Positions 44,681 through 53,926 of a stretch of 64,000 bases of DNA are shown piece after piece; the stretch's first letter is position 1, and every line of letters begins with the position of its first letter. Origin of the DNA: Syntrophales bacterium (lineage in GTDB: Bacteria; Desulfobacterota; Syntrophia; Syntrophales; UBA4778); assembly GCA_963665615.2 (NCBI GenBank), contig CAXXQE010000008.1, forward strand, positions 806,001 through 870,000, given 5' to 3'. A program made the position numbers and the translations under genes. The notes below the pieces were generated by a model. It was not told the origin of the DNA. It saw nothing but the letters and a program-made list of their open reading frames with translations, and did not search any database.

Positions 44681-45301
44681 TCAGTTGCGGTCTGCTTCAG
44701 CGTTTCGCAGCTTTGTGAGGAAGAGGACGAAATCCTTTGCCGCACAACAGGTGTCAGCAACGCAGACAATCCAAGACTCCGGGTAGCGGGGAGGCATGAA
44801 GGTCAAAGGCCACATGTGCCGCTTGATGATATCCTGTTCTTTTTCGGACAGTTCGACGATTTCCAGGGCGTTGTTCAGTGCTGTCATGGGGTGTCTGCGG
44901 CCATGGAATCTCGGATTTTCCGTTGTCCGATCATAAAGGAAAAGGTCGTGGAGCACTGCCCCGCGCACCGTCGCACTGTAATCGAGCCGGAGTCTTTTGG
45001 CGGCGACGTAGCTGTGCCAGGCAACCTCCAGCGAATGGTCGAGCCGGGTGTTGCTGCGGTGGTGCCTAAATTCCGATAGTTGCTGCACTTGTTCCAGTCT
45101 GATGAGGGGACGGACGATATCAAGAAACTCCATCGGATCGATGGCGGCGGTCATGCCGCGGGCGGCAAGAGGGCGGTGGGCAAGCGGCAGGCCGCGTCCG
45201 CCGTTCCTCAGCAGCGGCACATGCAACGTCGCTTCTCTGAGGATCAGCAGGAAGAGGGGTAAAAAATGGAAGCCCCCCGACAGGTCAGGCATGATGGGCA
45301 T
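44681..45301 (-). CDS. HD-domain phosphohydrolase
   Basis: HH...RLDHS, LHDLFLYD, HP, IIKRHMWP, VADT; start at 45301 (RBS AAGGAG) or 45154. Confidence 0.75.
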   Translation of the reverse strand: MPIMPDLSGGFHFLPLFLLILREATLHVPLLRNGGRGLPLAHRPLAARGMTAAIDPMEFLDIVRPLIRLEQVQQLSEFRHHRSNTRLDHSLEVAWHSYVAAKRLRLDYSATVRGAVLHDLFLYDRTTENPRFHGRRHPMTALNNALEIVELSEKEQDIIKRHMWPLTFMPPRYPESWIVCVADTCCAAKDFVLFLTKLRNAEADRN

Positions 45302-45311
45302 TCTCCTTCGT

Positions 45312-45896
45312 TTACTCGGACAGGTCCGCCTCGAAATCAACTAATAGCCGGAGTCTTTCATGGGCGTTGACGTTTGACAGGCAGATTGAAACGATGGTGG
45401 CGAGTTGTTCGAGGAACTGCGTGTCCATCCCCTGCTGGAAGCGACTTTCAGTGTAATCGGCCATGTTGAGGCTTCCGATAATTTCACCATCGAGGGTCAG
45501 TGGGACGACGGCGATGGATTTAATGAAATACTTTTCATTTTCGGGAAAGAGTTTGTAAAAATTCTTCAGTTCGCCGTTGGCCAGGACCGGTTTGTTTTTA
45601 TGATCGATCAGCTCCATGAATCCGGCCTTATCGATGAGGTTGAGGCGCTCTTTTAAGGTTTCCGAGGAGCCCAGTTCCTGGGCCAGAGATGATACGTCGT
45701 TTTTGGCGATCATCGATATCCAGATGTGGGGTATGCCAAAGCGCTCGCGAATCTCTTGGAGGAGTTTTTCAAATAAGTCCTCAAAGTTGAGGATGGACAG
45801 GATGCAGGTTTCAATCTCAAAAAACTTTTGAGCAATATCCTGATTGGCCTTCAGACGTTCGAACACTTTTTCCAAATCGACTTTTTGAGTGCTCAT
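45312..45896 (-). CDS. GAF-like (DUF484-type) protein
   Basis: SIAVVPL...IGSLN...RFQQGMDTQFLEQLA. Confidence 0.7.
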   Translation of the reverse strand: MSTQKVDLEKVFERLKANQDIAQKFFEIETCILSILNFEDLFEKLLQEIRERFGIPHIWISMIAKNDVSSLAQELGSSETLKERLNLIDKAGFMELIDHKNKPVLANGELKNFYKLFPENEKYFIKSIAVVPLTLDGEIIGSLNMADYTESRFQQGMDTQFLEQLATIVSICLSNVNAHERLRLLVDFEADLSE

Positions 45897-46067
45897 GGCT
45901 TCGCCCCCGTCGCGCTATCCGAATTACTTTAATTTATTCTATAAATAATAGCCTATCGATCCGCATTAAGCAAATTTGATTTTTACCCCGGAAACGCCTT
46001 TTCTGTTGACAAGATCCAGACGATGGTTTTATAAGATACCAAAATAAGAAGAACTCCTTTGACGTAG

Positions 46068-46133
46068 ATGAAAAATATTTTCGCCATCATAATTATCGCG
46101 ATAATTATTAGGGGGGCAGATAACGCGCCCTGA
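46068..46133 (+). CDS. Putative Ile-rich attenuator leader peptide MKNIFAIIIIAIIIRGADNAP
   Basis: Translated by hand: 21 codons, 8 of them Ile; followed by a terminator and then cimA. Confidence 0.8.
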   Translation: MKNIFAIIIIAIIIRGADNAP

Positions 46134-46162
46134 TGATGGTGGAGTACGGCAAGTGAGACCGC

Positions 46163-46202
46163 AATCCGTTATCAGGCGCAAGCCGGTAACGGATTTTTTT
46201 TT
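46163..46202 (+). terminator. Attenuator terminator in the cimA leader
   Basis: AATCCGTTATC-A-GGC-GCAA-GCC-GGTAACGGATT running into T9. Confidence 0.85.
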
Positions 46203-46238
46203 GGAATAACGAAAAGACATCTAGAGAGGATACGGAAC

Positions 46239-47810
46239 ATGGGATCGGATATCATCATCTACGATACGACGTTGAGGGACGGCTCTCAAGGCGAACAGAT
46301 CAGCTTCTCGGCGGAAGAGAAACTCCGGATTGCGAAGCGGCTCGACGAGGCGGGCTTCCACTATATCGAAGGCGGCTGGCCGGGATCGAATCCCAAGGAT
46401 GTCCGCTTTTTTGAGATGGCCAAGGAAGTGACCTTCAAACACGCCCGTCTGACGGCTTTCGGCAGCACCCGTAAAAGCGGCATCCGTCCGGAGTCCTGTT
46501 CGAATCTCGCGGCGCTCATCGAGGCTGGCACACCGGCGGTGACGATCTTCGGCAAAACCTGGGATCTTCACGCCACGGAGATTCTCGGCGTGTCTCTGGA
46601 GGAAAACCTGGCAATGATCGGAGAGTCCGTCGCGTATCTGAAACAGCAGGGGCGAGAGGTGATCTACGACGCCGAACACTTCTTCGACGGCTTCAAGCAC
46701 AATCCCGACTATGCCCGCAGGACGATTGAGGCGGCGGTTGCAGCCGGGGCCGATTTCATCGTGCTGTGCGATACCAACGGCGGTAGGCTGCCGATGGAGG
46801 TGGCGGAGATCGTCCAGGCGGTGCGCGCTTTCCTGCCGAAGGCGCCACTGGGGATTCATGCCCATAACGACGGCGGTCTGGCCGTGGCCAATTCCCTTTA
46901 TGCGGTGTGTCACGGGGTTACGATGGTCCAGGGGACGGTGAATGGTTATGGCGAACGCTGTGGCAATGCCGACCTGCTTCCGATCATTGCGAACCTTCAG
47001 CTGAAGATGAATCGGCCCTGCCTGCCCGAGGAGAGCATTCGGCACCTGACGAACCTTTCCCTGTACGTGAGCGACATCGCCAATACACCGCCTGTGAATT
47101 CCCGCCCCTTCGTGGGGCGCAGCGCCTTCGCGCACAAGGGCGGGGTGCATGTGAGCGCCGTCCTGAAAAATCCGCTGGCCTACGAGCACATCGCGCCTGA
47201 AAGCGTCGGCAACAAGCGGCGGGTTCTGGTGTCCGATCTGTCGGGCAAGAGTAACATCGAATACAAGGTCAACGAACTGGGCCTGTCTCTTGGGGCCTCC
47301 GATGAGGTCAGCCGGAAGGTCGTTCAGGAGATCAAGAAGATGGAGGATCAGGGCTTCACCTTCGATGCGGCGGATGGCTCCCTGGCCGTTCTGATCAAGA
47401 AAGCGACAGGGCAATTCCAGGAGCCGTTCAAGCTTGAAACCCTGCGGGTGATTGACGAAAAGCGGGAAGACAGCCACTACGAGTCCCAGGCGATGATCAA
47501 GATTTCCGTGGGCGATCAGGAAGAGATCACCGCCGCCGAGGGCAACGGTCCAGTCAACGCGCTCGACAATGCGCTCAGAAAGGCGCTGGCGACCTTCTAT
47601 CCGCAAATCAAGGAAATGCACCTGGTCGACTTCAAGGTGACCATCTTAGAGGGTTCTGAAGGGACTTCCGCCAAGGTCCGGGTCTGGCTGGAATCCCGCG
47701 ATGCAGACGAGGTCTGGAGCACGATCGGCGTTTCGAGCAACGTCATCGATGCAAGCTGGCAGGCCTTGGTGGATAGTATTCAGTACAAACTCAGCAAGAC
47801 GGGCTGTTGA
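46239..47810 (+). CDS. cimA: Citramalate synthase
   Basis: YDTTLRDGSQGE, EGGWPGSNPKD, YDAEHFFDG, HAHND, GYGERCGNA, SAFAHKGG; C-terminal regulatory domain. Confidence 0.9.
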   Translation: MGSDIIIYDTTLRDGSQGEQISFSAEEKLRIAKRLDEAGFHYIEGGWPGSNPKDVRFFEMAKEVTFKHARLTAFGSTRKSGIRPESCSNLAALIEAGTPAVTIFGKTWDLHATEILGVSLEENLAMIGESVAYLKQQGREVIYDAEHFFDGFKHNPDYARRTIEAAVAAGADFIVLCDTNGGRLPMEVAEIVQAVRAFLPKAPLGIHAHNDGGLAVANSLYAVCHGVTMVQGTVNGYGERCGNADLLPIIANLQLKMNRPCLPEESIRHLTNLSLYVSDIANTPPVNSRPFVGRSAFAHKGGVHVSAVLKNPLAYEHIAPESVGNKRRVLVSDLSGKSNIEYKVNELGLSLGASDEVSRKVVQEIKKMEDQGFTFDAADGSLAVLIKKATGQFQEPFKLETLRVIDEKREDSHYESQAMIKISVGDQEEITAAEGNGPVNALDNALRKALATFYPQIKEMHLVDFKVTILEGSEGTSAKVRVWLESRDADEVWSTIGVSSNVIDASWQALVDSIQYKLSKTGC

Positions 47811-47924
47811 AAAAGGCTCATCTGCTGCGTTACGCTTCGGCCTGCGGTGCTCACGTATTAACATATACGCTCCGCTCCTCGGCCGAAGCGATGCCTTGCA
47901 TCTAAACCTTTTTGAACAGCCCGT
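47799..47924. mobile_element. MITE-like palindromic element with 18-bp terminal inverted repeats
   Basis: ACGGGCTGTTGAAAAAGG ... CCTTTTTGAACAGCCCGT (17/18 match); internal CGCTTCGGCC/GGCCGAAGCG arms; partial copy at 49909. Confidence 0.7.
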
Positions 47925-48029
47925 GCAAAAAGGGGGGTACAGCGCTGTGACGGGTAACGAGCAAAAGAAAGATCCTTTAAAAGAATGGCCCCTTCCGGGG
48001 CCATTCTGCTGTTTACTGTTCACCGTATT

Positions 48030-49289
<1,260 letters not shown>

Positions 49290-49303
49290 TTACATCATAA
49301 TTT

Positions 49304-49909
49304 ATGATATTCTCCATCCATCCCGATAACCCGCAGGGGCGATTGATCGACCGGGCCGCGGAGGTGTTGCGCGGTGGAGGGATTATTGTCTATCCGACCG
49401 ACACGGTTTACGGAATGGGATGTGATCTGTTTAACAAAAGAGGGATTGAAAAAATATACGAGATCAAGCGCCGGGACAAGAAACAGCCGTTGAGCTTTGT
49501 CTGCGCGGATCTCAAGGACATCAGCCGATACGCCATGGTCTCCAATTTTGCCTACAAGACCATGCGACGGCTGCTGCCGGGACCGTACACCTTCATTTTG
49601 GAGGCGTCGAGGCTGGTGCCGAAGATCCTGCTGCAAAAGAGGAATGCCGTCGGCATCCGCGTTCCCGACAATGAAATCTGTCTTGCCCTCGTACGGACGC
49701 TGGGCAATCCGATCATCAACACGAGCGCCAAACTGGAGCAGGATGAAGCGGTCAGCGATCCGTTCGAAATTGAGAAGAAGTTGAAACAGGTAGAGCTGGT
49801 GATCGACGGCGGCAGCCTGGCCTCTGAGCAATCGAGCGTGGTGAGTCTCATCGACGACATTCCGCAGGTGTTGAGAGTGGGGAAGGGCAACGTCGAACAG
49901 TTTCTGTGA
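49304..49909 (+). CDS. Sua5/YciO/YrdC-family protein
   Basis: HPDNPQ, YPTDTVYG, LPGPYTFIL, GIRVPD, TSA. Confidence 0.88.
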   Translation: MIFSIHPDNPQGRLIDRAAEVLRGGGIIVYPTDTVYGMGCDLFNKRGIEKIYEIKRRDKKQPLSFVCADLKDISRYAMVSNFAYKTMRRLLPGPYTFILEASRLVPKILLQKRNAVGIRVPDNEICLALVRTLGNPIINTSAKLEQDEAVSDPFEIEKKLKQVELVIDGGSLASEQSSVVSLIDDIPQVLRVGKGNVEQFL

Positions 49910-50076
49910 CGGGCTTGTTGAAAAGGCTCATATGCATGCGCCCCAGCTTTATAACAGTCGGTCAGATAAAAAAATAGAACACAGTTGCGCCGTATTGAGT
50001 CGCCTGCGGATGTGCTCAGCAGAGGGATTCCGGCCAACGAAATAAATCAGAAGAGAGATATTTATGACAAAAAAAA

Positions 50077-51972
50077 ATGCTGATCAATGCGATCGACAAG
50101 GAAGAAAAACGGATGGCGATCGTCGACGAGGGCAAGCTGGCCGAGTTCTTCATTCAGATGTCGGTCAAGGATCCGATCGCGGGTAACATCTACAAAGCAA
50201 AAGTGATGAAAGTGGAGCGCGGCCTTCAGGCTGCGTTTGTCGATTACGGCGGCAACCGCAACGGTTTCCTCCCGTTGCGTGATGTCAGTCACGAGTATTT
50301 TATCGATCGAACCGGCGAAGAGGGATCGAAAAAACAGGTCTTGCGCGTGGGGCAGGAGGTGATCGTCCAGGTCAGCCGTGAGGAAAAGGACCGCAAGGGG
50401 GCGATGCTGACGAGCTATATCTCCCTGCCCGGACGCTACCTGGTCTTCATGCCGAAAAAGCAGACGCTCGGCGTGTCGCGGAAAATCGACGACGACGAGG
50501 ACCGCAAACGCCTCAAGGAATTCACCGATGAGATCTGCAAAAAGGACAACGTCGGGCTGATCGTCCGGACTGCCGGTCTGAACCGCAAGAAACAGGAATT
50601 GACCAAGGACTATCAGCACCTGTCCCGCCTCTGGAAGCAGATTCTCGATAAAGCCGACGAATCGCCGACGCCGGCGCTGATCTATCAGGAAAGCGACTTC
50701 GGGGTTCGGTCGCTACGCGATTATTTCACTCCGGATATCCATGAGATCCTGGTTGACGATCCGGAGACGTACAAGAAGATGCGGGACTACTGCAAGACCG
50801 TGGCTCCCCGCAGCGTCAATACCATCAAGCTGCAGAAAGAGAAAACGCCCCTCTTCGACCGCTTCCAACTCGAAGAGCAGATCGACAAAGTGTACCGTGA
50901 GCGCGTCGATCTGAAGTCGGGAGGATACCTCATCATCAATCCGACCGAGGCGATGATCACGATCGACGTCAACTCGGGACGCGGTTCGCACAAGCGCGAT
51001 GTCGAGGAAACCGCCTACAAGACGAATCTGGAGGCGGCCGACGAAATTGCGCGTCAGCTGCGGTTGCGCGATCTGGGCGGACTCATTGTCATCGATTTCA
51101 TCGACATGAAGGAAGGCAAGCACAATCAGGCGATCGAGAAGGCCTTCAAGACCGCGCTGAGCGCCGACCGGTCCCGCATTCAGATGTCCAAGATCTCCAA
51201 GTTTGGCATCATCGAGCTGTCGCGTCAGAAGAAGCAGTCCACCATCCAGGAGATCAGCTATGTAGCCTGTCCGCACTGCAAGGGCAGCGGACTCTTGCCG
51301 TCGCTGGAATACACGGCGGTCAACGCCCTGCGCCGCATCAAATCGGAGGTGGTCAAGGGCAATGTGGCCGATGCCCGGATCGTTCTGCCCGCCGAGGTGG
51401 CCGATTACCTGCTCAATGTCAAGCGCTCGGAGATCGCGAAACTCGAGGATACCTACGACTCGATGATTTATATTTCCGGCCGTCCGCACCTGCCCTGGAG
51501 CGAAGCCACCTTCGAGTTCAGCCGGAAAGAGGAATTGAGGCCTGTCGCAGAGCCTGAGAAAGTCGTCGAGGTCAAGCGCGCCCGGAAGGAAAAAGAACCG
51601 GAACAGAAGGGCGAACAGGAAGAGGAGACGCTCCCCGCCGATACCGCGGAAGTGCCTGCGGCTGAAGAAGGCGCCGCCGAAGAAGCGGAAACTGCCAAAC
51701 CGAAGTCACGCCGCAGAAGACCGCGCCATCGCAGAAAGCGATCCGGCGCACGTGCGGGCGAAGCGACCAGCGGCGCATCGGAAGGAACGTCGGACGAGCA
51801 CGCGCCGGAGGAGACTACTGAAGAGCGCCCTGCGCCAAAAGCTGCGCCTGCTGCTGATTCTACGCCCGTGGAAGGCGCCGAGTCTGCCGATGAATCGGAG
51901 AGTGCCAAGAGACGCCGCGGGTTCCGCTGGCCGTGGGAGATGAAGGACAAGACGGAAGAAAGCGACGAGTGA
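50077..51972 (+). CDS. rne: Ribonuclease E (Rne/Rng family with an acidic and Arg-rich C-terminal tail)
   Basis: GNIYKAKV, AAFVDYG..RNGFLP, IDVNSG, LRLRDLGGLIVIDFIDM, CPHCKG; disordered tail with RRRRPRHRRKR. Confidence 0.9.
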   Translation: MLINAIDKEEKRMAIVDEGKLAEFFIQMSVKDPIAGNIYKAKVMKVERGLQAAFVDYGGNRNGFLPLRDVSHEYFIDRTGEEGSKKQVLRVGQEVIVQVSREEKDRKGAMLTSYISLPGRYLVFMPKKQTLGVSRKIDDDEDRKRLKEFTDEICKKDNVGLIVRTAGLNRKKQELTKDYQHLSRLWKQILDKADESPTPALIYQESDFGVRSLRDYFTPDIHEILVDDPETYKKMRDYCKTVAPRSVNTIKLQKEKTPLFDRFQLEEQIDKVYRERVDLKSGGYLIINPTEAMITIDVNSGRGSHKRDVEETAYKTNLEAADEIARQLRLRDLGGLIVIDFIDMKEGKHNQAIEKAFKTALSADRSRIQMSKISKFGIIELSRQKKQSTIQEISYVACPHCKGSGLLPSLEYTAVNALRRIKSEVVKGNVADARIVLPAEVADYLLNVKRSEIAKLEDTYDSMIYISGRPHLPWSEATFEFSRKEELRPVAEPEKVVEVKRARKEKEPEQKGEQEEETLPADTAEVPAAEEGAAEEAETAKPKSRRRRPRHRRKRSGARAGEATSGASEGTSDEHAPEETTEERPAPKAAPAADSTPVEGAESADESESAKRRRGFRWPWEMKDKTEESDE

Positions 51973-52092
51973 CGGGTCCGTGGAACGGGCGGATGACGTG
52001 ACGGCTCTCTGCCGCTCAGAAATCTTTTTCCGTCATATTCGGCGACGGATTGCCAATGCCCGTCGGGCTGGAAAAATCTTTGATTGAAGACT

Positions 52093-52200
52093 CACCGGAG
52101 CAAGCTCCGGCGAATCTCCGATCCCCAAGGAAGAAGTTTGGATATGATCCGCTCGCTTACCCCGCCGCAAGCAGCGGGCAATGCGCTCGCTACCGGATTC
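52093..52200 (+). repeat. Dispersed ~105-bp palindromic element, copy B
   Basis: CCGGAGCAAGCTCCGG...TCGCT-TACCCGCCGCAAGCAGCGGG-CAATGCGCTCGC; matches 24811-24920 on the opposite strand. Confidence 0.8.
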
Positions 52201-52343
52201 GCGTTCGAGACCCGTCGCGCAATCCGCCCTGCGTAAGGCATCTGGGCCAAGAGGGTAGGACAACTTTTTCTCCTGCAAGGCTCCCCGCTTTGCGGTGAGT
52301 TTCGAGTTAAAAGAGTTGGTTCGTACCGATATGGTCGGCACCT

Positions 52344-52369
52344 GTCATTCCCGCGAAGGCGGGAAGCCA
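52344..52369. repeat. Short REP/dRS3-like palindrome
   Basis: GTCATTCCCGCGAAGGCGGGAAGCCA (TTCCCGC-GAAG-GCGGGAA hairpin); single copy in the window. Confidence 0.5.
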
Positions 52370-52479
52370 TGCGATAAAATTCCCCATGCTTGAATCCAGA
52401 ATGCTATTTTTCTTTTTTCATTTCTGATCCCATGGAGTGTTATACGGATCCACCAAATTACTATCATGCAGGGATAAGG

Positions 52480-52950
52480 ATGAAATCAATAATTGCCGTT
52501 CTCATCACTTTGCCACTTTTCCTTACCGTCGTCGTGCAAGGTCACGCAGATGGGCTTACCATAGGAATCATTCCAACTGAATCTCTGCCAATGGGTTGCG
52601 GAATGCAATTCTGGGATAGGAAATTTGGTAGTGACAACAAAGCGATATTGATCGACAAAGATTTAAATGCGATCTGGCTTAAAATGGTCATAAATGGAAA
52701 GCTAAGAGTATTTCAGAATTTCAGAAAGACGGGAAAGGTAAAGAAGGCTCAGGACTATACCGTTGGGGATTCTTTTGTGGAGGAATACGGGGCTAACGGA
52801 ATCAATATTACCATCAAGTATAGGATCACGAAGGTTTGTCCAGAAAACAACAAAGATTGCGAGTCTACTTATTATGAAGGCGAAGCTACGATAAAGACAA
52901 AGGACGGAAGACAACTGCATTATCAATTGAATGGAAGTGGCGGGTGCTAA
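52480..52950 (+). CDS. Hypothetical secreted protein carried on an integron-type cassette
   Basis: Signal peptide (GHA|D), four Cys, visibly lower GC than neighbours, attC 30 bp downstream. Confidence 0.75.
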   Translation: MKSIIAVLITLPLFLTVVVQGHADGLTIGIIPTESLPMGCGMQFWDRKFGSDNKAILIDKDLNAIWLKMVINGKLRVFQNFRKTGKVKKAQDYTVGDSFVEEYGANGINITIKYRITKVCPENNKDCESTYYEGEATIKTKDGRQLHYQLNGSGGC

Positions 52951-52980
52951 CTTCATTGAACTACTAAAACGAAGACCATT

Positions 52981-53055
52981 GCATAACCATGCGTCGCACC
53001 ATGGACTGTCTCAAGCGCTATGCGCCTCTGCCAGCCGGTGAGCTTTTCGTTAGGT
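52981..53055 (+). mobile_element. Integron attC site 1
   Basis: R'' GCATAAC, 5-nt spacer, L'' GTCGCACC, imperfect internal stem, L' GGTGAGC, 5-nt spacer, R' GTTAGGT. Confidence 0.78.
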
Positions 53056-53067
53056 CAAGGGCAGGAG

Positions 53068-53215
53068 ATGACAATACAGCGATCGGCAAAGTAGATACGG
53101 GCTATCGGTTGATGACGTGGATGCTTTGAAATTAAAACCAAACATTTTCGGTATCGGCCTAAATCTCAACTACATTTTTAGACGAATCGGCAAAGCATTT
53201 AGAAGGAAGACCTAA
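53068..53215 (+). pseudogene. Eroded cassette ORF
   Basis: RBS AGGAG plus ATG gives only MTIQRSAK*; another frame gives ...DALKLKPNIFGIGLNLNYIFRRIGKAFRRKT*, with its TAA inside the attC2 core. Confidence 0.5.
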
Positions 53216-53270
53216 CCAGGCTGCAGTAAATCGCCGAAAGTGCCAGCTCTCACTGCGCTCGGCGTTGTCT
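53210..53270 (+). mobile_element. Integron attC site 2 (degenerate)
   Basis: R'' ACCTAAC (exact complement of GTTAGGT at the cassette start), L'' GCTGCAGT, L' ACTGCGC, R' GTTGTCT; R''-L'' spacer shortened to 3 nt. Confidence 0.65.
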
Positions 53271-53308
53271 GTTTCCCGTCACTTGTCACTCGTGACTCGT
53301 CACTATTT

Positions 53309-53797
53309 TCAATCACGAACTTCAATCAAATCGCGCACCATTTCTACAGCACACTCAATGAGCCCCAGCGTTTCCGCTGACAGCTCCCGATGGAAATCGA
53401 AATCGTATCCCCTCACGGAAACAAGGTGGGCTGCGGGTTTGGCGTGATGCAGGGCTTCAACCACCGCGAGGAGTATGGCCGGGGTGATGTGGTGGGAGAA
53501 GGTCAGGGCGGTTGTCTCTGGATCGATGGTTTCGTAGTGAAGGGCCTCAAGTCGTTCGTCGATGTGGGCGTCCACGAAAACGATCCGGTCGTAACGTACC
53601 ACGACATCGATGAGTTCGGGGCTAAGCTGCGATAGAAAGACGGCGCCGGTCTGCTCGTCGATATCGTCGAGGCCTGATGCATCCTCGGGAAGCGCAGCAA
53701 ATCCCAATCGAGCGCGGACGGCATTGACGATATGCCACGCCACACCGTCATCCGCCCGATCGATATTTCCGAAACCAATGAGCAGGGACCGTGTCAT
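53309..53797 (-). CDS. Hydrogenase maturation protease (HoxW-like)
   Basis: IGFGNIDRADDGV, IVFVDA, FSHH; last gene of the hydrogenase operon. Confidence 0.88.
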   Translation of the reverse strand: MTRSLLIGFGNIDRADDGVAWHIVNAVRARLGFAALPEDASGLDDIDEQTGAVFLSQLSPELIDVVVRYDRIVFVDAHIDERLEALHYETIDPETTALTFSHHITPAILLAVVEALHHAKPAAHLVSVRGYDFDFHRELSAETLGLIECAVEMVRDLIEVRD

Positions 53798-53926
53798 TAT
53801 GATTTCAGGCCCGGCTGTGCCGAGGCACGGATTTTCTTTCGCTCGTCACGTGTCACTCATTACTTTTTCTTTTGTCACTCGTTATTTTCTTTTTAACTCC
53901 GAACCCCGAACGCCTGAACCCGCACC

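Noticed and set aside
46221..47621. 466-aa antisense ORF, and similar long antisense ORFs at 36545-37474, 41718-42971 and 54002-55366
   Set aside because: They mirror GC-rich genuine genes (cimA, radical SAM, malic enzyme, hoxH) and show no recognisable motifs.
51973..52438. intI or attI remnant upstream of the cassettes (ORFs 52033-52341, 52050-52298, 52092-52370)
   Set aside because: These ORFs show no tyrosine-recombinase motifs, and much of the interval is explained by palindromic repeats.
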